Source: an uncultured Chloroflexia bacterium
GTDB lineage: Bacteria > Chloroflexota > Limnocylindria > Limnocylindrales > CSP1-4
Reading direction: 5' to 3'
DNA: 64,000 bases
Assembly: GCA_963713975.1 (NCBI GenBank)
Contig: OY970218.1
Location: 1,728,001-1,792,000 of the forward strand
The translations under genes and the position numbers were made by a program. The notes beneath the pieces were generated by a model. That model was not told where the DNA came from. It was given only the letters and a program-made list of their open reading frames with translations, and made no database searches. Below are positions 9,054 through 18,253 of the stretch, piece after piece; within the stretch, counting starts at the first letter, position 1; each line of letters starts with the position of its first letter.

Positions 9054-9507
9054 CGGTTCGAGGCCGCCGTCCCCAACGAGATATGGCAGTCCGACCTCAC
9101 CTACTGGCACCTCGCCGACGGCACCGGGGTTGAGATCATCAGCTGGCTCGACGACCACTCCCGCTACCTGCTCGCGGGCGCCGGGCGCGGCGCACCCGGC
9201 CACTTCCGCCTCCGCTACGACAGCGCTGACAAGAAGGGGGCGATCACCCTGCGCCGCGCCGGTCGCCTGCACCACCTCAAGATCGGGGCAGCCCACGCTC
9301 GCCGGCGCGTCCTCGCCATCGTCGACGAGCAGGAGGTCACGGTCGTCGCGCTCGACACGGGCGAGATCCTCTCGACCCACCGGATCGATCCCGCCAAGGG
9401 CTACTGGCGCAACCTACGACGAGACCCCGGCCGATGGCCGGGGTCTCCAGCGACTGACTGACTCACATGTCCCGACTCATGTGACTCATATGTCGCGACT
9501 CATGACA
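9054..9507 (+). pseudogene. IS481 transposase remnant, 5'-truncated with in-frame internal deletion, intact right end
   Basis: RFEAAVPNEIWQSDLTYW...LDDHSRYLLA joined to GHFRLRYD...KGYWRN..DPGRWPGS; ends ...GACTCATGACA. Confidence 0.9.
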
Positions 9508-9509
9508 AA

Positions 9510-9548
9510 TGGCGCGCCCGGAGGGCGTCGGGCGCGCAGGAACAACAC
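9510..9548. repeat. tRNA-Arg 3'-end copy plus arm CGTCGGGCGCGCAGGAACAACAC
   Basis: TGGCGCGCCCGGAGGG at 9510-9525. Confidence 0.85.
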
Positions 9549-9681
9549 GAGTCAGCGGCTCATCACGCGATCGAGCCCAGCGATCGAGACGCCGCGTCGA
9601 TTCGGTGGAGCGTACGCTGAGGTTGCTGCCGCGGCCGCACAGCGGATGTTCGGCTGCCGGCTGGTGCTGAGGAGGGCCTGG

Positions 9682-10095
9682 ATGGACCGCACACCGATCC
9701 TGTTCGTCCGGCTGGCACCCTGGACGGACGACGAAGACAACGACCTGCCCCGTCGGGGCTACGGGTTCCGCGCAGGCATGACCGAGCAGGCACTGCGGGA
9801 CAGCACCCGGGCGTGGTGGGTCCTGAGCGCGGAGCGCGCGGCGAAGATGCACTACATCGCCGCGGTCGCCGAGGGCTACGTGGTGGGGATCTGGCGGATC
9901 GTGGATGGATCCTGGCGCACGATCGACGGGCGTCGGCTGGGCAAGAGCCCGCGCCGCTGGGCTTGCCAGGTCGCCGACGCCCCGGACGACATGTGGGGCC
10001 GCATTGTCGGCCAGCGCACACCCGATCGCCCAGACGGCGGTCCGCTCTTCGGCTCGGGCTCCGTGGTCGCGTACTGGCCGGAGCCGCCGCAATGA
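9682..10095 (+). CDS. Hypothetical protein resembling the C-terminal domain of LEM-3-like GIY-YIG proteins
   Basis: RBS GAGGAGG; LRDSTRAWWVL...YIAAVAEGYVVGIWRI...RW; family by recall only. Confidence 0.55.
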   Translation: MDRTPILFVRLAPWTDDEDNDLPRRGYGFRAGMTEQALRDSTRAWWVLSAERAAKMHYIAAVAEGYVVGIWRIVDGSWRTIDGRRLGKSPRRWACQVADAPDDMWGRIVGQRTPDRPDGGPLFGSGSVVAYWPEPPQ

Positions 10096-10520
10096 GCGCC
10101 GCATCGCATGGCCCGCTGTGGGACCGGATGGACGCGCAGCCGCGGTTCCGGTCGGCGGACCTCACCCGTGCCGACTTGCCGGCCGATCCCGGCGTGTACG
10201 CCTGGTACCGGCGCGGGCGAGCGGTCTACGTCGGCAAGGCGGACAGCCTGCGCGACCGGGCGTGGAAGAACCACATGGGCCAGAGCGCCACGATGGGCAC
10301 CTCCGCCTTCCGGCGCAACGTCGCCGAGTCCCTCGGGTGTGGCTCGTCCGCCGACATCAAGGCGAAGCGGGTGCTCCTCACGCCTGACGAGCTCGCCGCG
10401 GTCCGGGCCTGGATCATTGGCTGCAGCGTGACCTGGATCGTCTGCCCCTCGACCACGGCAGCGCTGACCCTCGAGAGCCGGATGAAGGGGGAGTGGATGC
10501 CGCCGCTGACCAAGCAGTGA
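10092..10520 (+). CDS. GIY-YIG nuclease-family protein
   Basis: PGVYAWY-RRGRA-VYVGKADSLRDR, C-terminal LE; ATGA overlap with the upstream gene. Confidence 0.8.
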   Translation: MSAASHGPLWDRMDAQPRFRSADLTRADLPADPGVYAWYRRGRAVYVGKADSLRDRAWKNHMGQSATMGTSAFRRNVAESLGCGSSADIKAKRVLLTPDELAAVRAWIIGCSVTWIVCPSTTAALTLESRMKGEWMPPLTKQ

Positions 10521-10996
10521 CCAGCCTCACCGTCTCCTTCAATTGGCAGCCGGCCGGACGCGTGACCGTCGATGTGGCGGGCGGTCTGGTGTTTCCCCTG
10601 CTCCCGGCGGCGCCGGGCCTGTACCGCTTCTGGATCGAGTCGTCCGACCCTAGGCCCGGGGTATACGTGGGCGAGGCCTCCATCCTCCACCGGCGGATGC
10701 AGCACTACCGCACGCCTGGCCCGAGCCAGTCCACGAACATCAGGCTCAACGCCATGCTCAGGGATGCCCTCCGTGGCGGTGCGACAGTGACCGTCTCGAC
10801 TGTCACGGCGGCGTCCCTGCGGCTCGACGATGGCCCTGTCGCCTCGCTCGACCTCGCGCGCCGAACGGGCCGACTCATCGTCGAGCAGGCGGCTATCACG
10901 GCCGCATCGGCCAGCAACCTCGCCGGTCCCGGGCAGCCGCCGCTGTACCCGCGCATCCTCGACAGGCCGGGCGTCGGCGAGACCGAGTACGAGTAA
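10517..10996 (+). CDS. GIY-YIG-like nuclease protein
   Basis: PGLYRF...VYVGEA..LHRRMQHY...RLIVE; GTGA overlap. Confidence 0.7.
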   Translation: MTSLTVSFNWQPAGRVTVDVAGGLVFPLLPAAPGLYRFWIESSDPRPGVYVGEASILHRRMQHYRTPGPSQSTNIRLNAMLRDALRGGATVTVSTVTAASLRLDDGPVASLDLARRTGRLIVEQAAITAASASNLAGPGQPPLYPRILDRPGVGETEYE

Positions 10997-11035
10997 TGTG
11001 GGGTCGCAGCCCCGTGCCTGATGCTGGCCGCGGCA

Positions 11036-11051
11036 TGGCGCGCCCGGACGG
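11036..11051. repeat. Diverged tRNA-Arg 3'-end copy
   Basis: TGGCGCGCCCGGACGG, 15/16 match to TGGCGCGCCCGGAGGG. Confidence 0.65.
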
Positions 11052-11207
11052 TGTCGCCCGGTCGTCTTCGGGCTCGCACGAACAGGGCCACCCGATTTGG
11101 TGCCCGGCTCCCGCACCGTGCGGCATAAGAGCCGCAGCCCGGTGCTCGAGGACGCTGGCAATCGGTTCGCGTACGTCAGTTGCGGCGGGGCCCGGCCGGC
11201 CCTTGCA

Positions 11208-12287
11208 CTAGACGGCGAGGCGCTCGATCGGGTGAAGCAGACCCTCATAGGGTGAGAGCCCGTCATAGCCGAGCGAGAGGTCCGCCGAGAGATCCTCGAG
11301 CGAGAATGCTCGTTTCGACTCGAGAAGGCCCATCGCGCGGCCGAGCAATTCCGGCTGCTCCGGCTCTCCGAGGTTCACTGGCTCCTCGCGTCGCCATCCG
11401 CGGCGGCCCATCTCCATCATCGCCCGCCGATACGCCGTGTCGGACACGACGCCGAGGTCGCGCGCACGGAGGAGCAGCATCGACATCGAGACGCCCCAGC
11501 GGAGTTTGAGGGCCGCGTATGCATGCCAGTCGACGCGTCGGGGGAGCTCGTGCAGGATTGTCGACGCTGGGACGAGCAGCTCCGCTGCGAAACGGTGCGC
11601 CTCTCTCTCGACCGCCCGATCTCCCGGTTTCGCATCAGGATGCAGCAACAGGTGGCCGAGCTCATGGGCCGCGTCAAAGCGTGACCTGTCGGTGGCGCCC
11701 TTGTTGGACACGAGGACCACGTACGGCCGAGCCCCCACCCAGCAGGAGAACGCATCGACCTCGTCGGAGGCCGCGGGTAGGCGTGCGACGATCACGCCCT
11801 TGCGTTCCAAGGCGCCGACCACGTTCGCGATCGGGCCGTCGCCCAGGCCCCAGGCACGGCGGATGATGCCCGCCGCTTCCTCGGGCGCGATCCCGGGAGG
11901 GATGTCCGGCAGGGACACTTCCGGAAAGCGGACGCGCCTCTCGATAGCGGCTACAACCTCCGCGAGCCGCTCTGCCTGCGCAAGCGCCTGGCTGCGGTCG
12001 CGCTTCGAGGCCGATCGCAAGCTGCGGAAATGGGCGTCGCCCTCGCGGACCTCGAAGAGGGGCCGGCCGCGTGTGAAGAACCCTACGGGCACACCCAGCG
12101 CCAGGGCGAGCTTCGACAACGTCGCGCTGCTCGGGCGCGCGACCTCCGACTCGAATTGACCGATAGCTGCCGGTGTCACGCCGATCTCGCTCGCCAGCTC
12201 GCCCTTGAGTGCGCCTCGGAACTGGCGGGCCTGCGTGAGCCGACGACCATCAAAGAGGAGACGTGCCGCCTCCAGGTCCGGGTTCAC
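11208..12287 (-). CDS. XRE HTH + ImmA/IrrE (peptidase M78) protein
   Basis: N-terminal HTH (ELASEIGVTPAAIGQFES), AHELGHLLLH zinc motif, EREAHRFAAELLVP. Confidence 0.92.
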   Translation of the reverse strand: MNPDLEAARLLFDGRRLTQARQFRGALKGELASEIGVTPAAIGQFESEVARPSSATLSKLALALGVPVGFFTRGRPLFEVREGDAHFRSLRSASKRDRSQALAQAERLAEVVAAIERRVRFPEVSLPDIPPGIAPEEAAGIIRRAWGLGDGPIANVVGALERKGVIVARLPAASDEVDAFSCWVGARPYVVLVSNKGATDRSRFDAAHELGHLLLHPDAKPGDRAVEREAHRFAAELLVPASTILHELPRRVDWHAYAALKLRWGVSMSMLLLRARDLGVVSDTAYRRAMMEMGRRGWRREEPVNLGEPEQPELLGRAMGLLESKRAFSLEDLSADLSLGYDGLSPYEGLLHPIERLAV

Positions 12288-12289
12288 CG

Positions 12290-12931
12290 TCAGGCCTCAG
12301 CGGCCGGGGCGCCCTCGTCGCGAAGTGCGATCTCGAAATCGCCCAACTCGATCGGCTCGGGCAGACCCGGGCGCGGCGCCGCCGGGAACTCCACCTCTGG
12401 ATCGGCGACGCTCCAGACGGGGATGATCTCCCGCCAGCCTGTCACGCGGTCGCCGTTGGTTTCGATGGGTGAGGCGAGGTAGACGGCAACGAGGTGATCA
12501 CGAGGGTTGCCCAGGTGGGCAATGATCCAGTTCGTCGCGAAGCCATCGTGCTCGAATTCCGCCTCGTCGAATAGCTGGAGCTGGTTCTCGCGTGCCATGA
12601 ATGCAGCGGCGCGGGAGCTGCGCGGGAACGATCCCCGGATGGACTCCCCGTCGTTGCCCCGGCCAACCTTGTTCCACCGAAGGCGATAAGGGCCGAGCAC
12701 GAGCTCCGGCCCCCTGCCGCGAGACTCGAATCGCGCGCCGGGGAATCCCTCGAACTCGTTTCGCATGTTGAATGACGCGACGTGGTACACCGCGAGGCCA
12801 TGAAGGTGATCACCGCGACCGCGGTCGGGCGCGTAGACCTCCTCGGCCTCGTCGTACGCCGCCCGGATTGCCCGGACGATCCCGGCTCGCACGGGCCCTC
12901 GGAACTCCTCGGGGCAACGGGTGTATTCCAT
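12290..12931 (-). CDS. Hypothetical protein, partner of the XRE/ImmA gene
   Basis: 213-aa ORF ending 2 nt before the next start; promoter immediately upstream. Confidence 0.75.
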   Translation of the reverse strand: MEYTRCPEEFRGPVRAGIVRAIRAAYDEAEEVYAPDRGRGDHLHGLAVYHVASFNMRNEFEGFPGARFESRGRGPELVLGPYRLRWNKVGRGNDGESIRGSFPRSSRAAAFMARENQLQLFDEAEFEHDGFATNWIIAHLGNPRDHLVAVYLASPIETNGDRVTGWREIIPVWSVADPEVEFPAAPRPGLPEPIELGDFEIALRDEGAPAAEA

Positions 12932-12937
12932 GTTCAG

Positions 12938-12967
12938 ACGTTAGCAGAATGGCGCACAAATGGTCAA
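12938..12967 (-). promoter_or_regulatory. Putative promoter for a leaderless transcript
   Basis: Minus strand TTGACC-18bp-TAACGT with extended TG, 6 nt before ATG 12931. Confidence 0.5.
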
Positions 12968-13063
12968 CAGGTAAAGTGAACTCGTCGAATCGGTCTAGCT
13001 GCTGATAGTTGTCCTGCCGGGCGGCGGGGACATTGGGCAGCCGCGTCCGGGGGCACCTCTGTA

Positions 13064-14521
13064 CTACGCCTCGGCGCCGAGGATCCAGCCGGGAGTGAGC
13101 CCGGCGCCGCGGAGGATCTCCTTGGCGCGCTGGGCGTTGTCGTACTTGAGGTCACCGAGCCCGGGATCGGCGTCGACCCAGACCTTGTGGGCCAGGAGCC
13201 GGGAGAACAGATTCTCGATCATCTGCCAGTCCCTGTCGTCGAGCGCCCGGTAGAACACGCGACGGCGCTCTTCATCAGTGTAGAGCCGCAAGGACGGCGC
13301 GATCGCGTCCCGAAGGGTTGGCACCCAACCTCGAAGCGAGCCCGCCGAGAACAACCGGACGGCCTTCTGGTGCTCGCCGTCATTCCGTTCGGGCGCCCAC
13401 TTGTCCGCGAGGACGTGGTCCACGACCAGGTTCAGCAGGCGGACGACGTGCTCGCGCTCCTCGTCCCGATGGTAGGACTCGGACTCGAACTCGTCGTTGA
13501 GGGGTGGAGACGCGATGAACTCCGCGAAGAAGGTCTTCTCGAGGCGCCCGATCGTGATCGGGTTCTTCCGGCCGCGATTCTCCTCTTCAATGAAATCGCG
13601 GAACCGATTGCTCGGGTGCTCGATGATGTCGCGGTAGATCAGAGACCGAACACGACGGCCAGCCTCAGCGCCCGTCAAGTTCGCGCGCGCCCGCATGAAG
13701 TCAATGAACGCTGCCTCCGTCTTCGGGCCGGAGCCGAGCAGGAAGGCCTCCCAGTCCTCGTGCGCCATGTCGGCGTATTTCTCGAGCAGCGTCGACGTGT
13801 AGAAGGGCATCTGGCGCAGTCGGTCGTGCGCGGACAGATTCGTTTCCTTGAGCCGACGGACCTCGGGCGTGATGTAGACCTTGCAGTCGAGCGTGTTGCG
13901 CCCTGCCCAGATCTGCGCCGCCGCCTTGTGCTGACCGTCAAATAGCAGAACGTGACCGTCGACTAGGCGACACACCGCCGGGGCCAGCTGGGTGTGGCTT
14001 CGGAGGTGCTTGTACAGCTCCCATACGCGGTCGGGCTCGAGCGCTCGCGGCTGCAGCTCCACATCGTTGTGCAGGTGCTTGACGGGGAGGGTGGCGAAGA
14101 AGTACCCCTCGCCGGTTGCCGGGCACCGGGCGAGCGGTGCGCGGACCGTGCCGCCGTCGAGGTACAACAGGACCTCGCCGTCAGTAACCTCGGTCTGCAG
14201 CGTCAAGCCGTACGCCTTGGGGCCAAGCCGGGACGCGAGCAGATCGTCAAGCCGTCGCTTCTTCACGCCCTCGAAGAATTGCCGCAGGGCAAGACGATCG
14301 CGGTACTCGCTCAGCGAGAGGGTGCTCTTCTCTCGGTTGTGCTTCCGGCACACGGCGCCGATGTTGGCGATCTCCGAAGAACCGCCCTCGGCAAACGGAT
14401 TGACGTGGTCGAACTCCACATCAGCGTCATCTCCCAGCGGGGCGTTGTCGATGAAGCAGCGGTTCCCCTGTCGCTTGAGGACCTCCTGCTTCTCAGCTTC
14501 ACTGATCTGTCGCTTCGCCAT
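13064..14521 (-). CDS. HNH endonuclease fused to a ParB/DGQHR-like domain
   Basis: CFID...EFDHVNPFAEGGSSEIANIGAVCRKHNREK (HNH); LQPR...VLLFDGQHKAAA. Confidence 0.8.
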   Translation of the reverse strand: MAKRQISEAEKQEVLKRQGNRCFIDNAPLGDDADVEFDHVNPFAEGGSSEIANIGAVCRKHNREKSTLSLSEYRDRLALRQFFEGVKKRRLDDLLASRLGPKAYGLTLQTEVTDGEVLLYLDGGTVRAPLARCPATGEGYFFATLPVKHLHNDVELQPRALEPDRVWELYKHLRSHTQLAPAVCRLVDGHVLLFDGQHKAAAQIWAGRNTLDCKVYITPEVRRLKETNLSAHDRLRQMPFYTSTLLEKYADMAHEDWEAFLLGSGPKTEAAFIDFMRARANLTGAEAGRRVRSLIYRDIIEHPSNRFRDFIEEENRGRKNPITIGRLEKTFFAEFIASPPLNDEFESESYHRDEEREHVVRLLNLVVDHVLADKWAPERNDGEHQKAVRLFSAGSLRGWVPTLRDAIAPSLRLYTDEERRRVFYRALDDRDWQMIENLFSRLLAHKVWVDADPGLGDLKYDNAQRAKEILRGAGLTPGWILGAEA

Positions 14522-14599
14522 CGTGATCCTTCCAGTGGCGGACGAGGACTTGCAGTTGTCTGCGCCTGCTCCGCGATCCCTGCTCGCCGCGGGCCGGGA

Positions 14600-14950
14600 T
14601 CACATCCCGTCGGAGGGCTCGTACCCGTGCTCCCGCAGCCTCTCGCGCGCCCTCGCGAGCTCATTGGAGGCGAACAACGGCCCGAACACAGGCTTCAGGA
14701 TCAGCGCCTCCATCGAGAGGTCGAGCCTGCCCTCTGCCTTCAGACGTTCGAAGCCCGCCGACACGCCGTTCTTCCACAGAAGCTGACGAGCGACGACAAG
14801 GCCGCCGTTCTTGCGGACGCTTCGAAGGAAGTAGCTGGCCCAATACCCCGTCGCCTTCCCGGCGAGCCAGTAGATCTCCTGCATCGCGGCATCGAACTGC
14901 AGCTCGAGCTTCTCGTCTTCGATGGGGGCGTCGGCGCCGGGATCGTTCAT
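14600..14950 (-). CDS. Small conserved-type hypothetical protein
   Basis: GYWASYFL...GG...GFERL..GRLDLSMEALIL...LF...ARERL..GY pattern, which I recall near restriction/HNH genes. Confidence 0.7.
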   Translation of the reverse strand: MNDPGADAPIEDEKLELQFDAAMQEIYWLAGKATGYWASYFLRSVRKNGGLVVARQLLWKNGVSAGFERLKAEGRLDLSMEALILKPVFGPLFASNELARARERLREHGYEPSDGM

Positions 14951-14988
14951 GTGCGCAGGTTAGCGCTTGCCGCGCCCGCGATGCCGGG

Positions 14989-15894
14989 TCACGGGTGTCC
15001 CGTGCGGCGCCGTTCGACGTAGTCCGCCTGCGCTCGCCGATGGGATCGTCCCTGTTGCCGGCACGGGTCGCACCATGGTCGCCGTCCCGTGGACGGCCGA
15101 CGTGACGGCACGAAAGGACGTCCGCAGCCCGTGCACCTCACGAAGCCAGCGCCGGCCACGGCTGCTGCAAGTTCCAGCCCGATCGCACCGAGCAGCCCGT
15201 TCGCGTTGTCCACGAGGCTGGGCTCGCCGAGGTCCCATTGAAGCTGAGGGCTAACGCGTGTGAGCGCGAGCCACGCGCTCACCGCCCCGGCGATCCATTG
15301 CCGACCCTGCAGGACCACACCCTCTGGGCTCAGTCGCCGTCTCCACTCGAGCGCGTCGGTTGCCTGACACTCGCGGCGCGCTCGCCAGGCAGCCCAGGCT
15401 GGGCGCTCGGTCCACGGCTCACTCTCGAGCAGGAGGACCGCCCAGTCATCGTCAGCCCCCGGCAGGTCGAGGCGCAGATCGGCCGCCAGCCGGCCGATCG
15501 CGACCGAGCGCCGAGCCCAGTACCTCCACGTCGCGAACGGTTCGCGCTCCTCGAGGTACCGGCCACACGCGGCTGACGGGAGGTGCTCAGGTATGGCCCG
15601 TGGATCGTGCGTCGCGGGCAAACCGTGGATGCAGAGCCCCAGCCGACCCCAACGCGACGCGTAGTTAAGGATCGCCGGCCCGTCCGCTCCGGCGACCTTG
15701 TAGAAGCCGGTGAGCAGTCCCGGCCCTGGCGCTACCACCGTGGCCGGTGGATCTGGGCGCATGTCATCCAATCGCCACACGAGGGCATCGTCGGCGAGCT
15801 CGGGGTACCCGACGACGATCCAGGCGGCGGGTCCGACTGGTTGTTCGTGTCGGCCTTCTGCGTCGGTGAGGAGGTCGGCGGGTTCGCGTGACAT
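14989..15894 (-). CDS. Hypothetical protein with C-terminal zinc finger (CGNR-like)
   Basis: RCTGCGRPF...WCDPC; start ATG 15894. Confidence 0.6.
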   Translation of the reverse strand: MSREPADLLTDAEGRHEQPVGPAAWIVVGYPELADDALVWRLDDMRPDPPATVVAPGPGLLTGFYKVAGADGPAILNYASRWGRLGLCIHGLPATHDPRAIPEHLPSAACGRYLEEREPFATWRYWARRSVAIGRLAADLRLDLPGADDDWAVLLLESEPWTERPAWAAWRARRECQATDALEWRRRLSPEGVVLQGRQWIAGAVSAWLALTRVSPQLQWDLGEPSLVDNANGLLGAIGLELAAAVAGAGFVRCTGCGRPFVPSRRPSTGRRPWCDPCRQQGRSHRRAQADYVERRRTGHP

Positions 15895-16090
15895 TGAAAT
15901 GATTTTAGAGCGCAAGACGTGGCTCCACACGCTGACGTCATGTCCGACCTCGAGGTTCTCCTCCGCCGCCTGAGCGCGTGGCTTGTCGACGTCGCGCTCT
16001 CGGGCCCCGAGGACCACACGCCGGACTCGTCGGTGCCGCCGCCGCAGAGCGCCCCCGACGCGAACGCCTGCGGGACCGAGGAGGCCAAAG

Positions 16091-18253
16091 ATGGCGACCC
16101 CGATTGCTTCCGTGCTCTCGAAGCTGGAGGCCGTCCGCCGCGAGGGCCACGGCTGGAGCGCGCGCTGCCCGGCGCACGAGGACGACGACCCCAGCCTGTC
16201 CGTGTCGGAGGGCGAGGAGGGGCGCGTCCTGATGTACTGCCACGCCGGCTGCCGGACCGACGACGTCGTGGCGGAGCTCGGCCTTGAGCTCCGCGACCTG
16301 TTCCCGGAGGGAGGGGAGGGAGGACAGGCCCCGAGCTCCGGCGCCACTGCACCACTGGGTGGCTGCTCGCTCGCCGACTACGCGGACGCCAAGGGGCTGC
16401 CGATCGAGTTCCTCCGTGAGCTCGGGCTGACAGACCTGTTCATCAGCAGCGCTCCGGCCGTGAACATCCCGTACCGCGACGAGTCCGGCCAGGAGATCGC
16501 GGTGCGGTTCCGCACAAGCCTCGATGGCGGCGACCGCTTCCGGTGGCGCAAGGGCTCCAAGGCGCTGCCCTACGGCCTCTGGCGGCTCGACGAGGCGCGG
16601 TCGGCCGGCGCGATCACGATCGTTGAGGGCGAATCCGACGCGCAGACCCTGTGGCTGCACGACATCCCTGCGCTCGGCGTCCCGGGAGCGTCGACCTGGC
16701 GGTCTGAGTGGGCAGCCTGCCTCGACGGGATCCAGCGGATCGACGTCGTGATCGAGCCCGATGCCGGCGGCGCAGCGGTGCTCGACTGGCTCGGGCGGAG
16801 CTCGTTCCGCGACCGGGTGCGGCTCATTCGGCTCGAGGGCGTCAAGGACCCGAGCGAGCTGTACCTGGGGGCGGTGTCCGACTTCACGGAGCGCTGGGCG
16901 AGGGCCGTGGCAGCCGCACAGCCCTGGACCGACGAGGCTGCCGCCGCGGCGGCGCGGACTGGCGCCGAGGCGCTCGTCCAGGCGGCTGGCCTCGAGGTGA
17001 CGAGCGACATCCTCTCAGCGTTCGCCGCCGACATCCGGGCATCGCGCCTGGTTGCGGGCGAGGAGCGGGCGCTCAAGCTCGTCTACCTGGCCGTCACGAG
17101 CCGCCTGCTCGATCACCCGGTTTCGCTTGCGCTCAAGGGCCCGTCAGCGGGCGGCAAGTCGTACATCGTCGAGCGGGTGCTCGACTACTTCCCGGATCGG
17201 GCCTACTACGCCATGACCGGCATGTCCGAGCGCGCGCTCGCATACGACGACGAGCCGCTGGAGCATCGGGTGCTCGTGATCTACGAGGCCGCCGGGTTGT
17301 CGGGCGAGATGGCCTCGTACCTCGTCCGCTCGCTGCTGTCCGAGGGTCACCTCCGGTACGTGACCGTCGAGAAGACCGCCGACGGGCTCCGCCCGCGGAC
17401 GATCGACCGCCCAGGCCCGACGGGCCTGATCGTCACGACCACCGCGATCGCGCTCCACCCCGAGAACGAGACGCGGCTCCTCTCGCTCCCGGTCACGGAC
17501 ACCCCGGCCCAGACCAAGTCGGTCATGCTGTCGCTCGCCGAAGGCGCCCAGGAGGGCCGCGACCTCACTCGCTGGCAGGCCCTCCAGACGTGGCTCAGCA
17601 CCGCGGAACCGCGCGTCGTGCTCCCGTTCGCCACCGCGCTCGCCCACCTCGTGCCGCCGGTCAGCGTTCGGATGCGCCGGGACTTCCGTGCGGTGCTCGA
17701 GCTGGTCCGCGCCCACACGCTGCTTCACCAGGCAACGCGGACGCGGAACGAGGCCGGTGCGGTGATCGGAACGATCGAGGACTACGGCGCGGTCCGGGAG
17801 CTCGTCGTCGACCTCATCGCGGAGGCGGCCGACGCCGCGGTCCCCGAGGCCGTCCGCGAAGCCGTGGCTGCCGTCGAGCGCCTCGGCGGGCACCGGCCGG
17901 CGGGCGACCGGGCCGACGACGCCGGGGTGACGGCCGTCGCGCTCGGCCGCGAGCTGGGCCTCGACAAGTCGGCCGCGCGGCGCCGGGCACTGGGCGCCAT
18001 CGAGCGCGGGTTCCTCACCAACCTCGAGGCGCGCCGCGGCCGGCCGATGCGGCTCGTCGTCGGCGAGCCGCTCCCCGACGAGGTCGAGATCCTCCCCGCG
18101 GCGGCCGAGCTCACGGCAGCCGTCGGTGGCACGGTGGCAGGGGAGCAGCCGGAGCCTGACCTCTCCCTCCCCCCGGACACTGGGTCTGACGACATCGTTG
18201 CGATCGCCCGCGAGATCTTCGGCGACGACCTCGTCGAGCCGGATCTGGCGTGA
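16091..18253 (+). CDS. Mobile-element DNA primase/helicase (Zn-binding + Toprim + P-loop)
   Basis: CPAHEDDDPSL..CHAGC; IVEGESDA and EPDAGG..KDPSE Toprim motifs; GPSAGGKS Walker A. Confidence 0.85.
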   Translation: MATPIASVLSKLEAVRREGHGWSARCPAHEDDDPSLSVSEGEEGRVLMYCHAGCRTDDVVAELGLELRDLFPEGGEGGQAPSSGATAPLGGCSLADYADAKGLPIEFLRELGLTDLFISSAPAVNIPYRDESGQEIAVRFRTSLDGGDRFRWRKGSKALPYGLWRLDEARSAGAITIVEGESDAQTLWLHDIPALGVPGASTWRSEWAACLDGIQRIDVVIEPDAGGAAVLDWLGRSSFRDRVRLIRLEGVKDPSELYLGAVSDFTERWARAVAAAQPWTDEAAAAAARTGAEALVQAAGLEVTSDILSAFAADIRASRLVAGEERALKLVYLAVTSRLLDHPVSLALKGPSAGGKSYIVERVLDYFPDRAYYAMTGMSERALAYDDEPLEHRVLVIYEAAGLSGEMASYLVRSLLSEGHLRYVTVEKTADGLRPRTIDRPGPTGLIVTTTAIALHPENETRLLSLPVTDTPAQTKSVMLSLAEGAQEGRDLTRWQALQTWLSTAEPRVVLPFATALAHLVPPVSVRMRRDFRAVLELVRAHTLLHQATRTRNEAGAVIGTIEDYGAVRELVVDLIAEAADAAVPEAVREAVAAVERLGGHRPAGDRADDAGVTAVALGRELGLDKSAARRRALGAIERGFLTNLEARRGRPMRLVVGEPLPDEVEILPAAAELTAAVGGTVAGEQPEPDLSLPPDTGSDDIVAIAREIFGDDLVEPDLA

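Noticed and set aside
1737-11051. Repeats as classical integron attC sites
   Set aside because: The cores are tRNA 3'-end copies, no tyrosine integron integrase is present in the window, and at least one cassette has its own promoter
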